37,175 bases of DNA from an uncultured Oligoflexus sp. (lineage in GTDB: Bacteria > Bdellovibrionota_B > Oligoflexia > Oligoflexales > Oligoflexaceae). Positions 29,280 to 37,175 of this stretch are shown here, piece by piece. How positions within the stretch are numbered: position 1 is the first letter of the stretch; every line of letters begins with the position of its first letter. The stretch is from positions 1 to 37,175 of the forward strand of contig CAXSGP010000043.1 of NCBI GenBank assembly GCA_964236955.1, given 5' to 3'. The notes beneath the pieces were generated by a model. It was not told the DNA's origin. It was given only the letters and a program-made list of their open reading frames with translations, and did no database searches. The translations under genes were made by a program, and so were the position numbers.

Positions 29280-29281
29280 TT

Positions 29282-30022
29282 ATGCGTAAAATTCTGGTCC
29301 TGGGTGCAAACTCCGCGGTAGCAAAAGAAGTAAGTCGACTCTGGTGCGAACGGGGCCATCAGCTCTATCTGGTCGGCCGCAGCGAAAGTAAATTAGCAGC
29401 TCTGCTCGCTGATCTGAAGGTGAGGGGAGGCGACACGATACGGGGTGAGGCGATGGATCTGACCGATAGCGGGCAGCATGAATCTCTTATCGATAGGGCG
29501 AGCAAGGCCCTGGGTGGTCTCGATACGGTGTTTCTGGCCTTCGGTGAACTGGGTGATCAAAAGGCTGCCGAACGAGATCACCTTCAGGCCATGGCAATCA
29601 TGCAATCAAACGCCCTGAGTCCAATTTCTCTGATGAGCCACGTTGCCAATCGCTTTGAAAAGCAGAAGAACGGCCAGATCATAGCCATCAGCTCGGTAGC
29701 GGGCGACCGGGGTCGGCAGAGCAATTATTTTTACGGGACGGCCAAGGGCGCTGTGAGTCTATTCCTGTCGGGCCTCAGAAACCGCCTGTTTGCGAGCGGA
29801 GTGGGGGTTCTCGACATCAGGATGGGCTTTGTCGATACGCCGATGACGGCCATGATTGAGAAGAAGGGCCTGTTATGGGCAAAGCCGAAAGCCGTGGCCA
29901 AGATGATAGTAAAAGCTTCCGACCAGAAGAAGGACATCGCCTACGTGCCGTTTTTCTGGGCCTGGATCATGCTGATCATTCGCAATATCCCTGAATTCGT
30001 CTTCAAACGTTTGAAGCTTTGA
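29282..30022 (+). CDS. Short-chain dehydrogenase, DprE2-like
   Basis: LGANSAVA, SSVAGDRGRQSNYFYGTAK (YxxxK), GFVDTPMT, IPEFVFKRL. Directly follows the DprE1-like gene. Confidence 0.88.
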   Translation: MRKILVLGANSAVAKEVSRLWCERGHQLYLVGRSESKLAALLADLKVRGGDTIRGEAMDLTDSGQHESLIDRASKALGGLDTVFLAFGELGDQKAAERDHLQAMAIMQSNALSPISLMSHVANRFEKQKNGQIIAISSVAGDRGRQSNYFYGTAKGAVSLFLSGLRNRLFASGVGVLDIRMGFVDTPMTAMIEKKGLLWAKPKAVAKMIVKASDQKKDIAYVPFFWAWIMLIIRNIPEFVFKRLKL

Positions 30023-30042
30023 ATGGAGGGGTTGCCGATAAC

Positions 30043-30074
30043 AAAGAAAGCCGGTTTGCGCCTGCAAACCGGTT
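30043..30074. terminator. Terminator hairpin between convergent genes
   Basis: CCGGTTTGC-gcct-GCAAACCGG (30051-30072) with AAAGAAA upstream on the plus strand. Confidence 0.65.
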
Positions 30075-30186
30075 CGATAACTGCAAACTTGGATAAGCTC
30101 ATGATCAAGAGAGCACTACGATTCTCAAATGAAATCGATTCTGGGTTCCGTCTATTGGCTAAAATCGTCTTAGCTTTTACTCGCCA

Positions 30187-30972
30187 TCAGGGTTGGCCAA
30201 GGCGAAGTTTCCACTCTTCCATCAGCAGTTGAATGCGTTTCTGGCGAGCGGCATCCATATTGGGAGGCATCGTTCCCGCAGTGACAACACTAATGAATTT
30301 GTCTATTTTTGTTGTCAGATCCGTTTCCGAGGCCAGCACGACGTTGCCCTTAGGCGCTGCACCCGAGTGGCAAGTGGCACAAAGCCGCGAGTTCAAGGGC
30401 TCAATCGCTGCCGTATAATTTAAGTCTTTGATATCAGCAAACGTAAGGGCAAAATTGCTGGGAGCCTCAGCCCATTTAGCGGTGATACTGGCAAGCAGAT
30501 CGACTGAATCCAGTGTTGCCTGGGGCGCTGTTCCGTCAGCAGCGGCTGGGGGCATGCCGCGGCTGGTGATTTCCGCAACGATTTTAGCCGCGCGGAGCTT
30601 GGCATTGTCTGCCGTGCTCAGGTCAATGCCACCCTTTAGATTAGCCGGATTGTGGCACGAGGTGCAGTTGGCGTCCAAAAGAGGTTTGACGTCGCCTTCA
30701 TAAGTGGGAGGCACCCATTTATCAACCACAGTGTTCAAGGCCAGCTGTTTGGCTGCAGCGGCATCGCCAGCCGCAGGTGGCGGGTTTGCACCAGTTGCGG
30801 CGTCGCCGGTTGCGGGGGTGCCAGGTGTTGCTGCTGGGACGGCCGGTAGAACTGCCGAGTTGCCGTCACCGGAATACTGGGCGGCTGCGACAGTCGAAGG
30901 GAGTACGGGTCGACCTTCGCAAGCCGTGATGGCCATCGCTGCGCTTATACCTATGACTAATCTTCTTAACAT
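30187..30972 (-). CDS. Lipoprotein dihaem cytochrome c
   Basis: Lipobox ITA|C; Pro/Ala linker; CTSCH followed by GMPP and CATCH followed by TMPP. GGAG RBS. Confidence 0.85.
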   Translation of the reverse strand: MLRRLVIGISAAMAITACEGRPVLPSTVAAAQYSGDGNSAVLPAVPAATPGTPATGDAATGANPPPAAGDAAAAKQLALNTVVDKWVPPTYEGDVKPLLDANCTSCHNPANLKGGIDLSTADNAKLRAAKIVAEITSRGMPPAAADGTAPQATLDSVDLLASITAKWAEAPSNFALTFADIKDLNYTAAIEPLNSRLCATCHSGAAPKGNVVLASETDLTTKIDKFISVVTAGTMPPNMDAARQKRIQLLMEEWKLRLGQP

Positions 30973-31580
30973 AATCGAATCTCCAAGAAATGCATTGCTG
31001 CCGAATATAGTTGCAGGATCGGATTTCTATGCCATAAGTTAAATCTTCTTTTGCGATCGTCCAAGGCGCTCCCATTTTCGGCCCATAAAACTCTGCCATT
31101 GTGCGCCTTTAGCGCTATTTCTTCGTGCTAAGAATTTTGGCGTATTTGCCCATCAATTGGAGCTATAAAATTTATGGGGCCGGCTCTTTCTCTTGGCAGA
31201 GCTTTTTTCATCACGAAACAAGCGTGGATCAGGCCAAGCCGTGATTTTGATAATCTTTATCATCAGAGGGAAGAAGTGGGAAGGATACGGCTGAAATGAG
31301 GGCTCCTGCCCTCCTCGAGGGAAAAAGGTCGCGGATTATTATAGAGCATCGTAAGGCTAATGCCTGGCTGCCAGCCGTAAGGTAAGAAAGTTGGATTGGC
31401 GAAAAAATCGAGAAAAAAACTTTAGCTGAAATCGTCTTCAGACTGTCGTTCATCCCAATAATCTCCTATTTGGTATTCAATAAGGGCTTAAAAACCAAGG
31501 GCTTAATTGGCTATTTGGGGGATGGTTTAGTTTTGTGCATCATAATCCGTTAAGTTGCCTAGACAAACCCAGGGGCTGGA

Positions 31581-32597
31581 ATGAAAACTCTAAGTAAATT
31601 GATGATATTCGTCTTAATCGCATCGTGCTCCGACGGTCGGGCGATTCGAAAGGTCGGCAATACTGCCAATGAACAGAACTTAGGAACGGGTCCGTCGGTT
31701 AAAAGCTCTAACCAGGATCGTCCCCCCGTTTATACACCCATTCCTCAGTCAGCGGCGTCCTCGACGGAAGGAGTGTCGCAGTCCGGCGTTGGAACAAGGA
31801 GCTCCGACGCCAACATCACCGATATTGAAACGTCCGATTCGGTCGACAAGCCGGTGGTCGTCACGGGAGCCTTCTTGCATTGCATGAAAGTCTCTGAGGT
31901 GGACAGTGCGATTGAATTGGGTTGCCGCATTGATGATACGAATGGCGATCGGGTAAAAACGAGCGCTCTGGCAGCATCGATTGTCTATTCCTATGTTGCT
32001 CCCGTAACTTCGGATCTCACCGTAAACCTTGAGTATATTCAACCAAAGAATCGTATTTATGATGTTTTGATCACTTACAAATCCCCGAGCGTCGAAAGCA
32101 CGCGAGCGGCCATCGGTAAAACAGAGATCTCAGCGGTAATGAATACTCCAGTCGACCCCTTGCTGCCTGCAGCCTTTAAGGCGAGTGTGAGTGACGTTTT
32201 AGTTCCCGCACCTCCTCAATCGGAGAATTTTGCGATCTATAAAAACAATCTCAATACACAGGTCGTCGACCGGGTTTCTGGAAAGACTTATGTCCGACTG
32301 GTCAACAAACCCAGTAGTAATTGGACGGATGCGAATGCCGATTGCAAACGGGATGGTACGAACCGAGAGCTGCCTTATTTTAACGATCTTCAATTGTTGC
32401 TGGCCCATGGGGTACTGAACGATGCGACTGCCGTGGCCGCCCTTAAGTTGGTTCCCAACAGTCAGGTTTGGATGCAGGCTCTGGATGAGGCAAATGCCTG
32501 GAAAGTTAAACTCTGGGATTCATCACCGACCGGGGCCAGTTGCGAAGTCGTGCCGAAGTCCATGGTTTTAGAGCAGCCGCTTTGCTTTACCCGTTAA
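31581..32597 (+). CDS. Hypothetical lipoprotein, C-terminus resembling a DUF1566/Lcl-type domain
   Basis: Lipobox IAS|C; Ser/Thr-rich linker; VVDRVSGK, NWTDANADC, RELP, DLQLL, VW. Confidence 0.6.
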   Translation: MKTLSKLMIFVLIASCSDGRAIRKVGNTANEQNLGTGPSVKSSNQDRPPVYTPIPQSAASSTEGVSQSGVGTRSSDANITDIETSDSVDKPVVVTGAFLHCMKVSEVDSAIELGCRIDDTNGDRVKTSALAASIVYSYVAPVTSDLTVNLEYIQPKNRIYDVLITYKSPSVESTRAAIGKTEISAVMNTPVDPLLPAAFKASVSDVLVPAPPQSENFAIYKNNLNTQVVDRVSGKTYVRLVNKPSSNWTDANADCKRDGTNRELPYFNDLQLLLAHGVLNDATAVAALKLVPNSQVWMQALDEANAWKVKLWDSSPTGASCEVVPKSMVLEQPLCFTR

Positions 32598-32850
32598 GCG
32601 GCAGTTCAAGCCTGAGCACCTGAAGGGGCTAATCCCTTAGCCCTCAATAGGCATGGCACGCCCTACATTCTCTTAGGGTTGGTTCTGTTTTGACCGTTGA
32701 TCCCATCTTTGAGATTCCCCAGGTTCAGCCTTTTTAGCTTCTAGAATAAGGCATGAAACATTCACCTGAATCCTACGACCGCTATTTAAAGTGCCCTTCA
32801 ATTTTCAAATCCCTGATCTTTCAGCGAAAATTCTTATCCAATAAAAACAA

Positions 32851-32878
32851 TCAATTTAATTCAGCGAAGTGCCGATAC
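32851..32878 (+). promoter_or_regulatory. Sigma28-like promoter candidate
   Basis: TCAA-N16-GCCGATAC, 65 nt upstream of ATG 32944. Confidence 0.45.
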
Positions 32879-32943
32879 TCACGACTGTTAAGCCAGCAGG
32901 CTAATACTTACTCAAATCTTACTCGTTAGAACGGAATGCCCTT

Positions 32944-33765
32944 ATGGAGAAAATTCCATTTATCCCGTTGTTCGTCATAGCACTCATCCAGGTGTCCTGT
33001 GGTAGTTCAAAATCAGTTGGTCCAGAAGTTCCCGCCGCTTATGGAGGTGGCGCGGCTGAATCCGATGCGGTGCCTACACCAGTCAGTGGCGACTCGGCGC
33101 CCGAAGCGCTGCCTAAAACTACTCCCATAGTATCGAGTGAGGGTAAAACCGATAGTATACTCGTAGTCCAACCTTCGGAACAGCCAGCAACCCCAACCAA
33201 AGATCCCGGTTCAGATTCTGAAATTAAACCGGTACCTGAATCCGTTATTCCTCCCGATCCTGTCCCTGTTCCTGCTACGGAAACTCCCACGGCCCCACCG
33301 CCACTTCCCGTGTGCAGTCCTGGTAAAACCCAAATTACTGTCATAAAACTGCTTACCGGTTCGATCAGTCTGGCTCTTAGTAAGCAGAGTCTTTTCTATG
33401 AAGTCTCTATCCTGAACTGTCTTGATGGCAAAATAGTTCCCATCAAGGATCAACATCTCGCCTATACCCTAAATATGAACATAGCAGTCCGTGGTCCCAT
33501 AAATTTTGAGGTATATAACTATAACGACGCCGCGAGTCTGAAAAAAGGCGTTATGTCAGCACTCGATGGCGATATTTTTGGCCCACAGCCCGGCTACTAT
33601 CATTGGGAATCGGCGGATCTCAACCTTCCCAGCGCGGTCGATAGGCTTATCTTCGAAGTGAAATTTATAAATCCATTTGAGAGCACGACCAAAACAGAAA
33701 CTCTTAGTTATATCCGGATCAATGACGCCGAAGTCAACAATGTGACTGTAGGTGTGGGCAAGTAG
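32944..33765 (+). CDS. Hypothetical lipoprotein with a Pro/Ser/Thr-rich linker and a beta-rich C-terminal domain
   Basis: MEKIPFIPLFVIALIQVS|CG; about 100-aa Pro-rich stretch; followed by hairpin GGAAGG-acga-CCTTCC-TTTCT (33793-33813). Confidence 0.7.
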   Translation: MEKIPFIPLFVIALIQVSCGSSKSVGPEVPAAYGGGAAESDAVPTPVSGDSAPEALPKTTPIVSSEGKTDSILVVQPSEQPATPTKDPGSDSEIKPVPESVIPPDPVPVPATETPTAPPPLPVCSPGKTQITVIKLLTGSISLALSKQSLFYEVSILNCLDGKIVPIKDQHLAYTLNMNIAVRGPINFEVYNYNDAASLKKGVMSALDGDIFGPQPGYYHWESADLNLPSAVDRLIFEVKFINPFESTTKTETLSYIRINDAEVNNVTVGVGK

Positions 33766-33986
33766 GTTCAACGCGCAATCGATTGAGGGTGGGGAAGGAC
33801 GACCTTCCTTTCTCTCATTGGGTCGGCGGGCGTGTTTGAGAGAAATGATTATGCGGAGCAATCAAAATCTAAAAGTACTATTTTTTCAGTCCAAGCTATA
33901 TAACCTATACTCTCAGATCAGCATAACAATAGACTCGGCATAATTTCGAAAATCAGTTCGATGCTGAGCCACCAGAACGAGACATA

Positions 33987-34320
33987 TCAAAGCGGGTCAC
34001 ATAGGCGATACCTCGCGTTAGGAACTCGCTGCCGCCAACCCATCAGCTGGGAAGGACTAACTTTCAAGGCCCGCGCGGCGAGTGACGGCCTGAACCCGGA
34101 CGCGATCAGTCCGAGCGCTCCATTGCGAACTTGTTCTGGAATCCTGCTATGAGGACGAGACTGTGCGTGGAAGGCGGCAAAAGCAGAAAGAAGTGATTTT
34201 AGGCGCGGATCAGATTCAGATGCTTTCATAAAAATCGACTCCATCGTAACACAATCATCAATGGAGCAGAGCCTAACCGAAGACTGCCGGCAAGTCTCTA
34301 TGCGCAGGTAGACGAGCTAC
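33987..34320 (-). mobile_element. Probable truncated IS66-family remnant (orfA/TnpA-like HTH, ORF 33987-34244)
   Basis: SRIPEQVR, AARALKVSPSQLMGWR is an HTH typical of IS accessory proteins. GTAGCTCGTC at 34320 (minus) loosely resembles IS66 GTAA ends. No tnpB/tnpC and no matching second end seen. Confidence 0.4.
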
Positions 34321-34632
34321 GAACCAAGTTTATTTGAAGAAAATTACGCGAATTTTCTCAATCATTATTCTCCCTAATTATTTCTTCCTAATATTGCTAT
34401 CTTTAAATACCTATGCAATTATTTCCTTGAACACATATCTCCACGACGTTTGCGTCTCACCCTACTGAAGGCATTCAAAGCCAAAGGTTTCGCCTTTGCC
34501 TGGAGAGTCGTGGATTCTTAGAGCCTCATTTTCTCTTGGCGTGAATTTTCTCCTGACACTTTCTTGTCCTATCTTTGCCAGTCTGTATCCTCGGCACTTT
34601 TTATGTCTTTTTTTGCAATATTGGAGGTTTCT

Positions 34633-35607
34633 GTGAAGGCTGCGCGCGCGATTATCATGACGATGATCTGTCTTTTATCCATTTCGATTTCCTCTCTCCT
34701 GCAGGCCACGTCAGAGGCAGCCGCCAAGGAACAGCATGTCGGCTTCGAGGGCCGGACTTTAGAAGGCGAAATCGCCTTGGATACGGCATCCAAGGGAGAC
34801 CTGCATTCGACAGTCAATGTTATCGTGAAAAATCTTTGTCCTTTTAACCTTTGGATCCACGGCGCCGGTAGCAGTGGGGTCCTTCAGCCCGACGATCAAT
34901 TGTTGGCCCCTGGTAATACCGAAACCTATACCGCGCCTGGAGAATGGAGCGCGGCTCGCCTGGAAGCCTATAAAAATGGTCCCCGTCAAAACCAAATTGA
35001 AAAAGTGGAGATGACATTCAACCACAACGGTGTGGGCGAGCAAGTCCTCAACTATAATGTAACTTATGTCGATTGGGTCGGCCTGCCCGTGGCCATAGGC
35101 GCGATGGGATCCGGTGGCGATTGCAAGGTTGCCGGCTGTTATAAGCCTTTTGCCCGCCTTCTCGATGGCTGCCCGGAGGGCTTAAATGATGGCGATCGCT
35201 GCGTAGCTGCAAGAACCTTTTGCTTAAATCCCGTCAATTCCGGAAATCCTTACTGCCATGTCTTCGATGCTAAGATTGATGAATGTGCCGATCGTTTCGG
35301 TGACTGCCAAGGCGCGCGTGGGAGTTCCACTGCGGAAGTCTATGCCTGCTCCGGTGCATTCTTCAGCCAAAACCCCAAATACTGCGCAGCAATCAATCGC
35401 AACATGCTCAACGATCCCTTCAGCATTGATAAGAAACTTTACTACAAGAATTCACCCTTCAACACTTACGCGAAATGGGTTCACGACATCTGCCCTGGAC
35501 TCTATGCCTTTCCCTATGATGATTTTCCAAGTAACGGTGGCGAAAGTGGTTTTCACTCCTGTAGCGGCAGTACTCAAATCGACGTCACCTTCTGTCCCGC
35601 CGGCTAA
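34633..35607 (+). CDS. Secreted thaumatin-like protein (PR-5/GH152-GH64 fold), putative beta-1,3-glucanase or glucan-binding protein
   Basis: GGAGG 5 nt before GTG 34633; signal peptide; KNLCPFNLW, YNVTYVDWVGLP, CAAINR, CPGLYAFPYDD, VTFCP; 14 Cys in the mature region. Confidence 0.8.
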   Translation: MKAARAIIMTMICLLSISISSLLQATSEAAAKEQHVGFEGRTLEGEIALDTASKGDLHSTVNVIVKNLCPFNLWIHGAGSSGVLQPDDQLLAPGNTETYTAPGEWSAARLEAYKNGPRQNQIEKVEMTFNHNGVGEQVLNYNVTYVDWVGLPVAIGAMGSGGDCKVAGCYKPFARLLDGCPEGLNDGDRCVAARTFCLNPVNSGNPYCHVFDAKIDECADRFGDCQGARGSSTAEVYACSGAFFSQNPKYCAAINRNMLNDPFSIDKKLYYKNSPFNTYAKWVHDICPGLYAFPYDDFPSNGGESGFHSCSGSTQIDVTFCPAG

Positions 35608-35644
35608 CCGTTTCGGGGAAAATCCTCGGCGAGGAAGCCGACCG

Positions 35645-36670
35645 TCACGATCGATTTTTTGAGCGAGCTCTATGAGGAGGCCGACTCCAGGCTTTGAGTT
35701 GGTCTCTTACTGCATCGATTCGGTATTCAAGCATCGAGCTGTGCTCCAGGAGTTCCTCTTCGATGGACTCCGACAAATGCTGCAAAAATCCTTTTTTCTT
35801 TCGCTTGTTTTCAAAATCCCAGGTCGGCTCTCGCCTGGCTTGGCGAAGCTCTCGGTTGACGTCCCGTAAATTTTTTGCCAGAGCTTCCTTCATCGCAAAA
35901 ATATCGCCAATAGGAATGGTCTTGAAATTTATGGCTATCGAAGCTTTTCCAAACACTGCTTTGGCTATCGTTTCCAGTCGTTCCAAATCCTTCCATTGAT
36001 AGGCGTTTTGAAGCTCGTGCCAGAGGATTTTGTCCTCAGCCGATTGTTCCGCTCCGTTTTTTGCGTCCGGGTGCAGCCTGAGCACGAGATCATGATATAT
36101 CTTTTTAAGATAGCCTTCGCTGGTCGAAGCGGACGCTGAGTCCGAATCGGTCTGCAATCTGCTTTCATATTTATTCGGATGGCCCTTAGCTTCCCGTGCT
36201 TCATAGTCTTCAAAAATAGATTGAAAAAAATCTTCGCCAAAGGTCTCACTTACTTTCTTTCTGTGCCCCGCCCGGCTTTTATCGATCTGCTCAAACACAG
36301 CACGCATCAACTCGCCTAAAGTGCCCGAGTTATGAGCCTTACTGACGATTTCGTGGGCTTCGGGAAAGCTGGTGCGATAATGGTCACGGTACTGTTCAAT
36401 GGAATCGGCCAGGAGCTGCAGTTCTTCATAGGACTTTTCAAGCTCAATCCTATTGTGCAACTCTTCCGAAAATTGCTGCTGCCACCAAAGGCTAAAAGCC
36501 GGCTGGTCGATTTCAACGAATTGACGTATTTTTTCATTGGCTTTTCTAAGAGCTGTAATCTGGGCCCTATAAGCCTTAATGGTCTTGGTGCGTATGGCCT
36601 CAGAATTTGGGTGCAGAATCAGGCCTTGCTTGCCCTGGGTTTTGGTTTGGATCTTTCGCACTCTAGTCAT
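35645..36670 (-). CDS. J-domain-containing coiled-coil protein
   Basis: LKKIYHDLVLRLHPD and ELQNAY in the middle of a helical protein. GGAG upstream of ATG 36670. Confidence 0.75.
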   Translation of the reverse strand: MTRVRKIQTKTQGKQGLILHPNSEAIRTKTIKAYRAQITALRKANEKIRQFVEIDQPAFSLWWQQQFSEELHNRIELEKSYEELQLLADSIEQYRDHYRTSFPEAHEIVSKAHNSGTLGELMRAVFEQIDKSRAGHRKKVSETFGEDFFQSIFEDYEAREAKGHPNKYESRLQTDSDSASASTSEGYLKKIYHDLVLRLHPDAKNGAEQSAEDKILWHELQNAYQWKDLERLETIAKAVFGKASIAINFKTIPIGDIFAMKEALAKNLRDVNRELRQARREPTWDFENKRKKKGFLQHLSESIEEELLEHSSMLEYRIDAVRDQLKAWSRPPHRARSKNRS

Positions 36671-36802
36671 CACGCCATCTCCATAAGTCTCGTATAGGCG
36701 CATTATTATATGGGTCCCGCTCAAAATCCTAGGTTTTTCGTGCCTGAGGGGCAGGGCATTTTAGCCGGCCTCGCAAAGGAGATAACGCCTCGCCCAGGCC
36801 CG

Positions 36803-36840
36803 AAAAAAAAGAGACCCATTACCAAAAAGGTAACGGGGTC
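36803..36840 (-). terminator. Rho-independent terminator
   Basis: Minus strand GACCC(C)GTTACC-TTTTT-GGTAATGGGTC followed by TC and T8. Confidence 0.75.
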
Positions 36841-37120
36841 CCATAAGATGGTTTGCAGGTCTTATGCAGATCGACTTTCATCGATCAGGAATAGCGTATT
36901 AGGAATCGATTTATCCTTTCTCCTAGCATGTGTCGCTGGCTTAAGGATATTTACGATCAACGTCAGACTCGTATGCCTGCCGGCAGGGACCTTGTCGGAA
37001 TTGTTGGCAGAAAACTTAAGGGAAACTTGAAAATTGCGAAGGCAAGGCTCAATGGTCATTGATAACAACCATTTAAAGCACCTGGACCAAAGCGAAATAA
37101 ATTAAATTTCTTTTGTTTCC

Positions 37121-37171
37121 GTTAGGGGCTGTTGACGTTTGGCTACGCCAACGTCGAACATCCCCAGTAAC
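37121..37171. repeat. Long imperfect palindrome (REP/MITE-like or RNA hairpin)
   Basis: GTTAGGGGCTGTTGACGTTTGGC-tac-GCCAACGTCGAACATCCCCAGTAAC pairs about 21 bp with small bulges. Confidence 0.6.
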
Positions 37172-37175
37172 GCAG

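Noticed and set aside
36862..37068. 68-aa minus-strand ORF upstream of the terminator
   Set aside because: No clear RBS or family motif. Not excluded, but the hairpin series fits a non-coding RNA better.

Overview
Gene-dense bacterial chromosomal window (roughly 50% GC by eye) with about 27 CDSs. No rRNA, tRNA, CRISPR array or intact mobile element was recognised. The many lipoproteins, orphan pilins and FliA-like promoters suggest Bdellovibrionota/Oligoflexia or a related deltaproteobacterium-like lineage (inference only). Contents in order: GH43 with a CBM-like module inserted in the propeller; a coupled pair of uncharacterised ferritin-like proteins; an SF2 helicase; a divergent sugar module (GH92 and SIS GlcN-6P deaminase-like versus XylF-like binding protein and GH2 CsxA-like exo-glucosaminidase); an operon of three mutually paralogous type IV pilin-like proteins; exported peptidases and a deiminase; a 2OG-Fe(II) oxygenase; DUF2239; PepF; an Ig-repeat lipoprotein; a DprE1/DprE2-like pair; a dihaem lipoprotein cytochrome c; two unknown lipoproteins; an IS66 orfA-like remnant; a thaumatin-like protein; a J-domain protein; and structured non-coding candidates at the right end. 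The best candidate for an undescribed system is the three-pilin operon, which shares two Cys-anchored modules and has a Gly/Ser/Tyr-rich PilX-like subunit. All family calls come from motif recognition by eye, not database searches.
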